Shown here piece by piece: positions 30,258 to 39,417 of a stretch of 64,000 nucleotides of DNA. The position numbers were made by a program, and so were the translations under genes. The first letter of the stretch is position 1. Every line of letters starts with the position of its first letter. The stretch comes from Candidatus Zixiibacteriota bacterium (GTDB lineage Bacteria; Zixibacteria; MSB-5A5; UBA10806): positions 27,779 through 91,778 of the forward strand of contig JAHEDG010000005.1 in the NCBI GenBank assembly GCA_024641335.1, given 5' to 3'. The notes below the pieces were generated by a model, which was not told the DNA's origin, did no database searches, and saw only the letters and a program-made list of their open reading frames with translations.

Positions 30258-30461
30258 AAATTCCCTCCGGAATTCTCATTATTCCGGCCGCCGGTCCATA
30301 CGATTTTATCGCAATCGGAAGGCGCACCGAAAAAACTGATCCTGTCTCCCGTGATCTCCCATTCGATTAGCGGAGTATGATCCTGCCAGATACCGGGATC
30401 TTTCGATTTATATCCTATTCCCGTGTTTTCATCCGATACTTTTCTGCCCGGCATTTCCGAC

Positions 30462-30701
30462 CTACTTCTTCTTTTTGGCTCTGATGATCCTGGCCATTTC
30501 CTGAAGGTCCTCTTTCAATGACATCGAAGCCTTCACATTTTCACTCTGTATCTTCCTGAAAATCTCTTCTCTATAAACCGAAACTCGTTCAGGGGCGGTA
30601 ATTCCGATTTTTACCTGCTTACCCGATATCCCCAGCACAGCTATTTTAATATCGTCGCCGATGGCTATCGATTCCCCCGACTTCCGTGTCAGAATTAACA
30701 T
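30462..30701 (-). CDS. csrA: Carbon storage regulator CsrA, FliW-regulated type
   Basis: [18 protein letters not shown]...VKIGITAP...VYREEI...I..EN, with a C-terminal extension. Confidence 0.97.
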   Translation of the reverse strand: MLILTRKSGESIAIGDDIKIAVLGISGKQVKIGITAPERVSVYREEIFRKIQSENVKASMSLKEDLQEMARIIRAKKKK

Positions 30702-30721
30702 TGGGACCTCCCTGACCCAAT
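30700..30721 (-). promoter_or_regulatory. Hairpin over the csrA ribosome-binding site with an AGGGA loop (probable autoregulatory CsrA site)
   Basis: ATTGGG-TC-AGGGAG-GT-CCCAAT(G): the SD is in the loop and the stem includes the start codon. Confidence 0.65.
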
Positions 30722-30728
30722 TACATTA

Positions 30729-32123
30729 TTAATAGCCCGAAACTCCCATTTGATTTATTACAGTATTCAACGCTGAATCCATTACCGTTATGATCCTCGC
30801 GGCAGCCTCGTAGGCATGCTGAAACTGAATCATATTGGCCATCTCTTCATCAAGCGATACACCGCTCAAGGATTCCTTCGAATTGGCGATCTGGGATACC
30901 AACGCCTGCTGATTCTGCTCCAGGTTCTGCGCTTCCTGCGACTGCACCCCGATTTTTCCTATTATCGAGTTGTAATATTCGCCGAATGTCGCCTGTCCGT
31001 TGTTCAACCGTAAAGCGTCGCGTAAAGCCGCGATATTCAAAGCGTTGGAATTGTCCCCTTCCTCTGAATTGAGACCCGCGGATATATGATTTACATCTTC
31101 CAAAATCAAATGATGCAGACCTATATCGTCGGCCCCGGTGGTATCGGGATCAAAAAAATCTATTCCGGTATTACCGTCAAGATCGACACCCAGACGGTGA
31201 ATTTCGTTGACACCCTTAACCAATTCCCGCGCTAATATATCGAGTTGGTCCTGCTGATTGACCACTACCTCATCCCTGGCTTCGAGTAGACCTTCCATCT
31301 GTCCTCCGGGATGGGTAATGTCTATTCCAGTGTTTTCAAGAAATACCCTATGGGTAACATTAACCCCGTCCGATTGCGTCTCCGTACCCAAAGAGAGATA
31401 CCCGGTCCCATCGACCAGGGCCATGCCTCCCAGGAGAACAGTATATGATCCTGAAGGTTGCGGTATTACCGAAACCGAAACCCATTGGGATACAGTATCC
31501 ACCAGATAATCCCGCCGATCGCGAAGATCGTTGGCTTGATGCCCGGTCAATTCGGCAGAGGCTATCTGTCCGTTGAGATCCGCGATTTGAGCAGATATCG
31601 TGTTGATCTGCTCGGTCATTGTGGTTATTTCGGAATCCAGAGAATCTCTCAGGTCTTTAAGCTGGGTGGAAAGATGATGAAACGAATTGACCAATAACAG
31701 AGCCTGCTCGCGAAGCGCGACCCTGGCCGATTCACTTTGGGGATTATTGGCCAGATCCTGCCAGCCGTTCCAGAATTCGTCCAGTTGTGCCGACAACCCG
31801 GTGTCCTCCGGCTCGTTGACAATACCCTCGATCTGATTCCAGGTTTGAGATAAAAACTGCCAGCGTCCTAATTTATGGGATTCGCTCCTGAATTGCTGAT
31901 CCAGGAATACGGATCTCATCCTTCTTATATCGGTGATCTGAACCCCGGTGCCGAGACTTCCGAATGTGGTCAACATCGGGTCGTTGTTGCTGAAAATTCC
32001 ATCCTGACGGCTGAAACCCGGCGTGTTCACGTTGGCTACATTATGACCCGTCAGGTTCAGCGAAAGCTGTTGGGCTATTAGCGCCCGTCTGCCTATTTCC
32101 AGTCCTACATTCGGTCCGTACAT
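30729..32123 (-). CDS. flgK: Hook-associated protein FlgK
   Basis: GHNVANVNTPGFSRQ, GTGV, NDLRDRRD, GDNSNA, SGVSLDEEMANMIQFQHAYEAAAR. Confidence 0.97.
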   Translation of the reverse strand: MYGPNVGLEIGRRALIAQQLSLNLTGHNVANVNTPGFSRQDGIFSNNDPMLTTFGSLGTGVQITDIRRMRSVFLDQQFRSESHKLGRWQFLSQTWNQIEGIVNEPEDTGLSAQLDEFWNGWQDLANNPQSESARVALREQALLLVNSFHHLSTQLKDLRDSLDSEITTMTEQINTISAQIADLNGQIASAELTGHQANDLRDRRDYLVDTVSQWVSVSVIPQPSGSYTVLLGGMALVDGTGYLSLGTETQSDGVNVTHRVFLENTGIDITHPGGQMEGLLEARDEVVVNQQDQLDILARELVKGVNEIHRLGVDLDGNTGIDFFDPDTTGADDIGLHHLILEDVNHISAGLNSEEGDNSNALNIAALRDALRLNNGQATFGEYYNSIIGKIGVQSQEAQNLEQNQQALVSQIANSKESLSGVSLDEEMANMIQFQHAYEAAARIITVMDSALNTVINQMGVSGY

Positions 32124-32124
32124 T

Positions 32125-32631
32125 TTATACCGTCCTCGAAAGCAATGAACCTTTGTCGGAGACTCCGTAACTATTTTTTATCGGGTTCTCATAAGTCGCT
32201 TTGGGATTGTTCACGTCCCTTATGAAATTAACTGTCTGCCTGATTATGCTCATAGATTGATCGATAAGCAATTCATTGCGGTTCTTCTGCGTCGAGACTT
32301 TTTGATGAATATCCATAATAGTATTCTTCAGTCTCTCCAACTCCTCGAAATTGGGGCCTTTCAGACGTTCGAGTATACGGCTTACGGTCACTTCGTCGGG
32401 ATTCATTTCCAGCTTCCTCGAGATTTTATCGACAATACCTCGTCGCCCGTTTTCCAGCGAGATCGCTTCCTGGGCCAGCATGTTGATTACTTCGACGCTC
32501 TTTCTTACTCCGTCGAGATTGTTGGCTATCAGAAAATCCTGCTGCTCTGTCAGTTTTTGAAGATATTGAACAAAAACCCTATGCTCGGCTTTCAGTACAG
32601 CAATCAGCTCTCTTAATTCTCTTTCCATCAT
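32125..32631 (-). CDS. flgN: FlgN export chaperone
   Basis: Helical, Q..L..N.L, E..R, N..RNELLI..S, TY; lies between flgJ and flgK. Confidence 0.85.
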   Translation of the reverse strand: MMERELRELIAVLKAEHRVFVQYLQKLTEQQDFLIANNLDGVRKSVEVINMLAQEAISLENGRRGIVDKISRKLEMNPDEVTVSRILERLKGPNFEELERLKNTIMDIHQKVSTQKNRNELLIDQSMSIIRQTVNFIRDVNNPKATYENPIKNSYGVSDKGSLLSRTV

Positions 32632-32669
32632 TTATTCCATCGGCATAAGATCATTTTAAATAACCACTT

Positions 32670-33542
32670 TTATTCCGAGCTCATTGACGACATCACTTTT
32701 CGGACATAATTCCGGGTTTCCGGAAATGGCGGTATCCCGTCGTATCTTTCCACCATCGACGGCCCGGCATTATACGAAGCCAGAGCTTTCTGCAAATCTC
32801 CCCCAAACCGCTTCATCAGCATAGAGAGATATTTGGCCCCGCCCATAATATTCTGGACTGGATTAAATGGATCCTGAACCCCGACCATAGCGGCGGTGGA
32901 ATCTATTAGCTGCATTAATCCTTTGGCTCCCTTACCCGAAACAGCTCTCGGATCTCCCGCGGACTCATGCTTGATAACCGCCTTGATCAGCTTGGGCTCC
33001 AACTCATATTTTTCGGCCGCCTGGTTGATAATATGATCGAATCGCGAGAGAGTATCATGATCGATAGGCTTAGCTCCGCCGCTTTGAACTCCTCTGCCCG
33101 AAATCTCCGTCAACATGGGTTCGACCACGGTCATATCAGGTTTGATTTCCATCTGTTTAATCTCCGGCTGCCTGATAATACTGGTATCCAGCCCTTTTCC
33201 CGCTTCGACCCCTTTTTGCCCGGTTACCAGTGACGCGTACTGATTGAACAATAAATCGCCGATCTTGAATTGGCTAGTTCTGGACATTTCCTCTGCCAGC
33301 TTGCCGTCAAACATTTCCTTATAAATATCGTTGCCCAGGCCTCCCCCGAACAAATCCGATTCCTCCGAGGCTTTTCTCATACTCTTGAGCATAAACGAGA
33401 TAAAAATCGCCTCGAAATCCTTGCAGGCCTTCTGCAATTTCTCGAGCTTTACGTCCTGCTTGTCCTTAGCCGAAACCGGAGAACTTTGGGCCGCGGGCTT
33501 ATCGGCCAGAAACTGAGAGATATTCGGATTGAATATTTTCAT
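32670..33542 (-). CDS. flgJ: FlgJ rod-binding domain fused to an SLT lytic transglycosylase
   Basis: N-terminal LQKACKDFEAIF..MLKSMR...Y.EMFD; C-terminal AVIKHES, GAKGLMQL, ALASYNAGP, PPFPETRNYV. Confidence 0.88.
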   Translation of the reverse strand: MKIFNPNISQFLADKPAAQSSPVSAKDKQDVKLEKLQKACKDFEAIFISFMLKSMRKASEESDLFGGGLGNDIYKEMFDGKLAEEMSRTSQFKIGDLLFNQYASLVTGQKGVEAGKGLDTSIIRQPEIKQMEIKPDMTVVEPMLTEISGRGVQSGGAKPIDHDTLSRFDHIINQAAEKYELEPKLIKAVIKHESAGDPRAVSGKGAKGLMQLIDSTAAMVGVQDPFNPVQNIMGGAKYLSMLMKRFGGDLQKALASYNAGPSMVERYDGIPPFPETRNYVRKVMSSMSSE

Positions 33543-34657
33543 TACATGATCACCAGTTCCGCTCTCAACGCTCCCGCTAACTTTAAGGCCTGGAAAATGG
33601 CGATAATATCCCTGGGAGTAGCTCCGATCTGGTTCAGCGCTTCGGCCAGATCGCCTATGCTGGCTTTTTCCTCAAAATGAATTATCCGAGCTTCCTCCGC
33701 CTCGGCGGTTATTTCAGAATCGCGGGTTAATACCGTTTTGCCCTGCGAGAATGGCTGAGGCTGCGAGACCTGCGGAGTCGCCTTGATCTCAATCTTCAAA
33801 TTGCCGTGCGCCAACGCTACGGCCGAGAGAGTCACGAACTCCCCGGCCACGATCGTGCCGGTTTTTTCATTGATAACCACTCGCGCCACCGCGTCCGGTA
33901 TTATCTCCAGAGTTTCCACTCTGGAAATCAAATCGACCAGCCCGCCCGGAGTGCGAAATCCCGTCGGGATTCTTACTGTGACATTCCCCTCGTCCATAGC
34001 CACAGCCATACCGGGATCTACCGTCGCGTTGATCTTATCGGCCACTCTTTTCGACGTGGTAAAATCGGGATTGATGAGATTGATAGAGAGAACCTCCGGA
34101 TTGATATCGAAATCCCTCTGGGCTTCGACAATCGCCCCGCCCGGGATTCTGCCCACCAGAGTGTAATTTTCGCTGATCTTATCTCCTCCGCTGGTCTGGG
34201 CGTTGAAACCTCCTATGGAAATAGGCCCTTGAGCCATAGCGTAAACGGTTCCATCGGTCCCTGTTAACGGTGTCACCAGGAGCATTCCGCCCTGAAGAGA
34301 CGACGCGTCCCCCATCGATGATACGGTGCAATCGAGATTAGAACCTATCCTGGCGTATGACGGTATCCGTCCGGTAACCATAACCGCGGCGACATTTTTC
34401 ACCTTTACCTGACCGGCCGAAAGCGTTATTCCCATTCTCTCCATCATATTGGTCAACGACTGCATGGTAAAACCGGCGCTTTTGGAATCACCTGTGCCGT
34501 CAAGCCCGACAACCAGTCCGTAGCCGATCAGCTGCATGTCGTTATCGAGCTGAAAAGAAGCGATATCTTTTAGCCGGACAGTCGATGCCTGACTACTGAC
34601 TAAAGCGGTCGTTAAGACCGCGCTCATCGCTACAAACGCTGCAATTATCTTTTTCAT
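33542..34657 (-). CDS. flgI: P-ring protein
   Basis: RLKDIA, LIGYGLVVGLDGTGD, KNVAAVMVT, SLQGG.L, VVINEKTGTIV, AGALRAEL. Confidence 0.97.
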   Translation of the reverse strand: MKKIIAAFVAMSAVLTTALVSSQASTVRLKDIASFQLDNDMQLIGYGLVVGLDGTGDSKSAGFTMQSLTNMMERMGITLSAGQVKVKNVAAVMVTGRIPSYARIGSNLDCTVSSMGDASSLQGGMLLVTPLTGTDGTVYAMAQGPISIGGFNAQTSGGDKISENYTLVGRIPGGAIVEAQRDFDINPEVLSINLINPDFTTSKRVADKINATVDPGMAVAMDEGNVTVRIPTGFRTPGGLVDLISRVETLEIIPDAVARVVINEKTGTIVAGEFVTLSAVALAHGNLKIEIKATPQVSQPQPFSQGKTVLTRDSEITAEAEEARIIHFEEKASIGDLAEALNQIGATPRDIIAIFQALKLAGALRAELVIM

Positions 34658-34658
34658 A

Positions 34659-35243
34659 TCAAAATATCCAGTTTACTATTCTTGTGATTAACCCGGGTCG
34701 AGCCGCGTCATGGGTCTGCCCTTTGCCGTTAAACGATACCTGGGCGTCAGCTATCTGATAGGAATATATCGTGTTTTCCGAAGTAACATCCTTGACCCGG
34801 ACAATACCGGAAAGATGCAAAGTCTCTTTATCCGAGTTGATATTCATGACCCGGCTGCCCTCTATGATCAAATCCCCGTTTTCAGAAATTCCTATTATGC
34901 GAACCGTCATCTTCGCCCTGATACTGCCGTTTTTCTCCAGACGACCTTCACCGTCAAACTCGTTCTTGTCCTCGGCCGACATGCCGAAAGGCGCGAAGAA
35001 TTTCAACCCCCCCATGCCGGGACCTCCGGCCACCTCGCCTTTGGTCGATTTTTTCGTTGTCGCTTTGGCTTTGTTGCTGGCGCTGGCGTCCTCTACTATA
35101 AAGACCGTTATCAGATCCCCTATCTTATGGGCTTTGATATCTGTGAACATCGACTTGCTTTTCGCCTCAGTGAACGTATCGCCGATGGCTATGCTCGAGG
35201 TCATTAGAAACGGCAAAACCGATAATAGAATCAATCTTTTCAA
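34659..35243 (-). CDS. flgH: L-ring protein
   Basis: MFTDIKAHKIGDLITV.I.E, NGDLIIEG, LSGIVR..D, IADA.V, PGLITRI. Confidence 0.93.
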   Translation of the reverse strand: MKRLILLSVLPFLMTSSIAIGDTFTEAKSKSMFTDIKAHKIGDLITVFIVEDASASNKAKATTKKSTKGEVAGGPGMGGLKFFAPFGMSAEDKNEFDGEGRLEKNGSIRAKMTVRIIGISENGDLIIEGSRVMNINSDKETLHLSGIVRVKDVTSENTIYSYQIADAQVSFNGKGQTHDAARPGLITRIVNWIF

Positions 35244-35252
35244 TTTTCCTCC

Positions 35253-35915
35253 TTATTGGGATATGACCACGGTCAGCGAATCGGCTACCAGCGCGTACAC
35301 GACTTTTCTCGTGTCGGTATTCATCACCCGCACACGGTCGCCCTCCGACCCCGGCTGCTTGACTATGCCGTTGGCCTTGAGAGTCAACGATCCGCTGTTA
35401 TAGATTATCTCGACTTTATCGCCCGGACGAACTGCCGGATGATCTCCCGCCAGGGACGCCGTAATTATCCGTCCCGACGGTATATAGTTTAACGCTACTT
35501 TATTAATTAGCTGTTCGGACAAGACCAGCGGTTCCTCGTTCAATTCGGAGATATCCCTTTGCTGAAAGATCAAATTCTCCATATCCAGAGGCATGCCGGA
35601 TTTGATCGGCGTTGATGCCGTCAGCACGTTCTTGAGAATGCCGACCTTGACCGTTCCATTGGTTTTGTAAATTCTTTCGCCACGGTTGAAAAAGGAAAAC
35701 CGTACCACAACCTGCCCTCTGGGCAGATCTTTGCCGTAGCCGTCGATCGCTACGCTGTCGAATTCCGGAACCTGCCGCAAATTCAACCTGGAAAAATCGC
35801 AGATATATTCGGCTTTTTCCAACGGGTAATGAGCTTTCAGATGATCGGTTACCGCTCTTTCGATATCGGCGGCGCCTAACGAAATCAGGACTAACGGATA
35901 AAGAAATATCTTCAT
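35253..35915 (-). CDS. flgA: P-ring formation chaperone
   Basis: SAF-like region; C-terminal VRPGDKV...G...GSEGDRVRVMN. Confidence 0.88.
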   Translation of the reverse strand: MKIFLYPLVLISLGAADIERAVTDHLKAHYPLEKAEYICDFSRLNLRQVPEFDSVAIDGYGKDLPRGQVVVRFSFFNRGERIYKTNGTVKVGILKNVLTASTPIKSGMPLDMENLIFQQRDISELNEEPLVLSEQLINKVALNYIPSGRIITASLAGDHPAVRPGDKVEIIYNSGSLTLKANGIVKQPGSEGDRVRVMNTDTRKVVYALVADSLTVVISQ

Positions 35916-35916
35916 C

Positions 35917-36705
35917 TTACCTCTTCAGATTATTGGCGATCTCTGTCATCTGTTCGGATGTCTGTATGGCCTTGGAGTTGATTTCGTATGCCCTTTGGGC
36001 GATAATCATATTGACCATCTCCTCAACTATCTCCACGTTGGACATCTCCAGATAACCCTGGTTGATTCTTCCGAACCCCTCTAATGTAGGACTCCCGAGA
36101 ATCGGCGCTCCGGCGGCGGATGTCTCCAGGTAAAGGTTATGACCTATAGCTTCGAGTCCGGACGGGTTGATGAATTTGGCCAGTTCGAGCTGACCTACTT
36201 CCTGCGGATCAGGATCGCCGGCAATTCTTACGCTTACTATGCCGTCCGCGCTGACACTGAAATAATCGGCATCGGCGGGAATAGTAATTCCCGGCTGCAG
36301 ATAAAAACCGTCAGCCGTAACTAACTGCCCGTCGGCCGATAGCTTGAAGGAACCGTCGCGGGTATAGGCTGTCGCGCCGTTAGGCATAAGTACCTGAAAA
36401 AAACCGTTCCCCTCTATAGCCAGATCCATCGGATTACCGCTTTGCTGAAGATTCCCTTCGGTAAATGAACGCTGGGTTGCCACCGGCCGGACTCCGTAAC
36501 CGACATCCAACCCTACGGGGGTGCTGTTGCCGGCGGCCGATTCCGCCCCCGCGCTTCTTAGCCGCTGATATAAAACGTCCTGAAATTCGACTTTTGATTT
36601 TTTATATCCGGTGGTATTCACATTGGCCAGGTTGTTGGCGATCGTATCGACATTGAGCTGCTGGGAGAACATTCCCGAAGCCGCTGTACGCATAGCTTTA
36701 ATCAT
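35917..36705 (-). CDS. flgG: Distal rod protein
   Basis: ANNLANVNTTGYK, FQDVLYQ, DLAIEGNGFF, YTRDGSF, LEMSNVEIVEEMVNMIIAQRAYE. Confidence 0.97.
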   Translation of the reverse strand: MIKAMRTAASGMFSQQLNVDTIANNLANVNTTGYKKSKVEFQDVLYQRLRSAGAESAAGNSTPVGLDVGYGVRPVATQRSFTEGNLQQSGNPMDLAIEGNGFFQVLMPNGATAYTRDGSFKLSADGQLVTADGFYLQPGITIPADADYFSVSADGIVSVRIAGDPDPQEVGQLELAKFINPSGLEAIGHNLYLETSAAGAPILGSPTLEGFGRINQGYLEMSNVEIVEEMVNMIIAQRAYEINSKAIQTSEQMTEIANNLKR

Positions 36706-36718
36706 GAATTCCTCCTGT

Positions 36719-37450
36719 TTATACTATCCGCCCGAGATCGTTGACCGCTTTATCAAGGGTCTCGTCCTGGGCGCTGATCGCTTTCTGTCCGGCCTCGAAA
36801 GCCCGGAAAGATGCCAGCATATCGACCATCACGTCGACAACATTTACATTGGATTTCTCCAGATATCCCTGTCGAACCTGAAAATTATCGGCCGGTTTTT
36901 CCTGGCCGGTCGCCTGGGCCGCAGCGAAATAGGAATCTCCTTCCTTATTCAAAGCGTAAGGTTTCTCGAAATCCACGACTTTGATCTTACCCACTGTGGA
37001 ACCATCGACAGAAACCGTACCGTCCATACCGACTGTGAAATTATCGCCTGAAACAGTCAATGGCCCCGATTCGGTCAATACCGGGTTACCATTGGGATCG
37101 CTGAGTATTCCCTGCGGCGAAAGCAGAAAATTCCCGGATCGGGTATACCTGGGACCGGCTTCGGTCTCGACAACAAAAAAGCCGTTCCCTTCCAAAGCGA
37201 GGTTCTTATCATTGCCTGTATCTTCCAGATCTCCCTGGCTGAAATCGGTATAAATACCATCAACCATCGGAGTCTCCCAGGGAACATCCGTTATCAGTGA
37301 TTCTTTGGAGGCATCATTGAGAACCTGCAAGAATATGCCGTCCTTCTTGAATCCCGGAGTGTTCACATTCGCCATGTTGTTGGCGAAACTCTCCTGCTTC
37401 AGTATCCGGGGCAGCATCCCCGACGCCGAGCTGTAAATCCCTTTGATCAT
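36719..37450 (-). CDS. flgF: Proximal rod protein
   Basis: ANNMANVNTPGFK, DFSQG, YTRSGNF, QGYLEKSNV; directly upstream of flgG. Confidence 0.9.
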   Translation of the reverse strand: MIKGIYSSASGMLPRILKQESFANNMANVNTPGFKKDGIFLQVLNDASKESLITDVPWETPMVDGIYTDFSQGDLEDTGNDKNLALEGNGFFVVETEAGPRYTRSGNFLLSPQGILSDPNGNPVLTESGPLTVSGDNFTVGMDGTVSVDGSTVGKIKVVDFEKPYALNKEGDSYFAAAQATGQEKPADNFQVRQGYLEKSNVNVVDVMVDMLASFRAFEAGQKAISAQDETLDKAVNDLGRIV

Positions 37451-37489
37451 TCAAACCCCCAAATTGACAATAATACCCACCGGCACTAA

Positions 37490-37505
37490 AGCAATCCGTA
37501 TGCCC
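37490..37505 (-). promoter_or_regulatory. Sigma54 promoter of the flgF operon
   Basis: GGGCATACGGATTGCT (GG-N10-GC); IHF-like AATCAGAGGCTTA at 37529-37541. Confidence 0.8.
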
Positions 37506-37713
37506 TTTTGGCTGCTCTTTCAAAAAATAATCAGAGGCTTAAAAAGAGAACTTATTGGCCAGCCTAATCTCTTATAGTTTAACGAGATACGCTTACGCCG
37601 ATCCTACGGACAAACAGCCGGGTCGAGAGCCCGCTTCGGTAAACCGAATTTCCAGCAGGAAAATCTTTCTGGTGAGTATGATTTTTTTTCCGGGTATCCT
37701 AATAATCCAATAG

Positions 37714-37743
37714 AAAATCGACCCCTCGATAGGAGTCGATTTT
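37714..37743 (-). terminator. Terminator closing the signalling cassette (possibly bidirectional)
   Basis: AAAATCGACTCCT-ATCG-AGGGGTCGATTTT stem with A/T tracts on both sides. Confidence 0.75.
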
Positions 37744-37774
37744 TGGGACTTTGGAATTTCAGCAAAATAGATCT

Positions 37775-38197
37775 TCAGGAATTGTAGGATACGGGCTGAT
37801 CAGCGGTAGATTTATTGCGCGCCGAAAGCAGACGCCAATAAGCTCTCTCGATAATCAATGAGACCTCGTGGCTCTTGAACGGTTTGGAGAGATATTCATC
37901 AGCGCCCTTGGTCAAGGCTTCCTTGACAGTATAAGCGTCGCCATACCCGGTCATGACAATTACCGCCATATCCGGCCATTCCGATTTCACTTTTGTCAAA
38001 AGCTCAAAACCGTTCATTCCGGGCATTTTGACATCGGACACCAACAAATCGAATTTCTCTATACGCAGTTTTTCCAGTGCTTCCGTAGCCGAGGAAGCCA
38101 GCGTAACCTTGTATCCTTCGATCTCGAGGATTTTTAAAAGCAAATTCCTCATCATCGCTTCATCGTCCGCGACAAGGATCTTTACATGTTCTTTCAT
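37775..38197 (-). CDS. Stand-alone response regulator receiver
   Basis: ILVADDE, DLLVSDVKMPGMNG, VMTGY, YLSKPF: all catalytic residues present. Confidence 0.93.
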   Translation of the reverse strand: MKEHVKILVADDEAMMRNLLLKILEIEGYKVTLASSATEALEKLRIEKFDLLVSDVKMPGMNGFELLTKVKSEWPDMAVIVMTGYGDAYTVKEALTKGADEYLSKPFKSHEVSLIIERAYWRLLSARNKSTADQPVSYNS

Positions 38198-38289
38198 GCC
38201 CCTTTACTCCTTTATTAATATATCCGGGTCACGATGCATAGCAAGTTAGGTATCAGCTATTCTTAATATCGAATGTTTTCCCAGGATGT

Positions 38290-38673
38290 TTAATTATATT
38301 TTTGTGTTTTACTTGACAACAAATCCGAGATATTCTTCTTTATTTCGTTTAATTTGAAAGGTTTTCTCAATAACTTGTAATTGGTCAATACGTCCCAGTT
38401 TATGGAACTGCCCGATAAATCCACTCCGGCGGTCAAAATAACCGGAGTCTCGATAGACTGGTTTCTCATATTTATCAACAGCTCGTCCCCTCTCATTCTG
38501 GGTAATCCGATATCCGAAATAATCAAATCGAAACAGTCGGATTTCATCATCTTCCAGGCGTCCTCGCCGCTGGCGGCCAGATTTATATCATAGCCGAACC
38601 GCGTGACTATCTCGCCCACCACGTCCCTTACTTCCTTGACATCTTCGACAATCAATACTCTGCCCCTGGACAT
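38290..38673 (-). CDS. Stand-alone response regulator receiver (divergent)
   Basis: VLIVED, DLIISDIGLPRMRG, LRKPF. Confidence 0.88.
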   Translation of the reverse strand: MSRGRVLIVEDVKEVRDVVGEIVTRFGYDINLAASGEDAWKMMKSDCFDLIISDIGLPRMRGDELLINMRNQSIETPVILTAGVDLSGSSINWDVLTNYKLLRKPFKLNEIKKNISDLLSSKTQKYN

Positions 38674-38680
38674 AAAACGC

Positions 38681-39049
38681 CTATCCCTTCTTCACATCGG
38701 TTAAAAGCCTGACTATTTTTTCCGAATCCTTGATTATTCCTCCCAGGGCAGTCTCGATATTATGGATCAGATCCTGATCGACTGTGCTCTCTTGAGGGTC
38801 GGAAAATATATTTTTCGGCTTTTTCTCGGTTTTGGCGGCGCTTAATATCTGGTTCATATGCTTGACCGCCTGAGTTGCCTGGTTTACCAGTTGCGATAAC
38901 TTCTGATTGATTTCCACATTCAGGTTCTTTTTGTGAGACAGCTTGGCCGCCGCCACAGCTATATTCAATGCCAACAGCTGAATATCGCCGGAGACCGATT
39001 CCATATACTCCAGAAGCTCCTGACTGGTATATTCGACTTTATTTTTCAA
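38681..39049 (-). CDS. Small soluble protein resembling a degenerate MCP signalling hairpin
   Basis: DIQLLALNIAVAAAK against the MCP consensus QTNLLALNAAIEAAR; helical register preserved. Confidence 0.65.
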   Translation of the reverse strand: MKNKVEYTSQELLEYMESVSGDIQLLALNIAVAAAKLSHKKNLNVEINQKLSQLVNQATQAVKHMNQILSAAKTEKKPKNIFSDPQESTVDQDLIHNIETALGGIIKDSEKIVRLLTDVKKG

Positions 39050-39417
39050 AATGTAAGATACTCCCTTACTTTACTTTTCAATTCGGTCAGGTCTGACGAT
39101 TTTACCAGGTAAGCATCGGCCAGCCACGACGTGAAATTGGCTTTATATGTGGAATACGCTGAATTTAATATGATCGGCACCCGGCCCGCCCTGCTCCTGA
39201 TTACCTCGAGCACTTCCAGGCCGTCCATATCCTTCAATTTGATATCCAAAATAATCAGATCGACACTTGAATCATGATTCAATCGATCGAGCGCTTCCTC
39301 CCCCGATCCAACCGAAAATGTTTTATAACCTTCAATTCCGAATTCGCTTTCATATAAGCTGCGGATTCCGGCTTCATCGTCAACAATTAGAATGTTTTTC
39401 ACTATTCCTCCTTGCAT
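39046..39417 (-). CDS. Stand-alone response regulator receiver
   Basis: ILIVDDE, DLIILDIKLKDMDG, LNSAY, YLVKSSDL. Confidence 0.92.
   Translation of the reverse strand: MQGGIVKNILIVDDEAGIRSLYESEFGIEGYKTFSVGSGEEALDRLNHDSSVDLIILDIKLKDMDGLEVLEVIRSRAGRVPIILNSAYSTYKANFTSWLADAYLVKSSDLTELKSKVREYLTF

Noticed and set aside
32637..32665. GCCGATGG upstream of flgN as a sigma28 -10
   Set aside because: There is no TAAA at the right spacing and only 5 nt before the ATG; possible but unsupported.
37600..37655. Two small hairpins near the PilZ cassette, considered as a c-di-GMP riboswitch
   Set aside because: They lack the GEMM P1/P2 consensus (GAAA tetraloop and receptor, GACGCAAAG).
38240..38255. Sigma54-like TGATACCTAACTTGC upstream of the last receiver gene
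   Set aside because: The -24 dinucleotide is GA rather than the essential GG, and there is no accompanying upstream motif.
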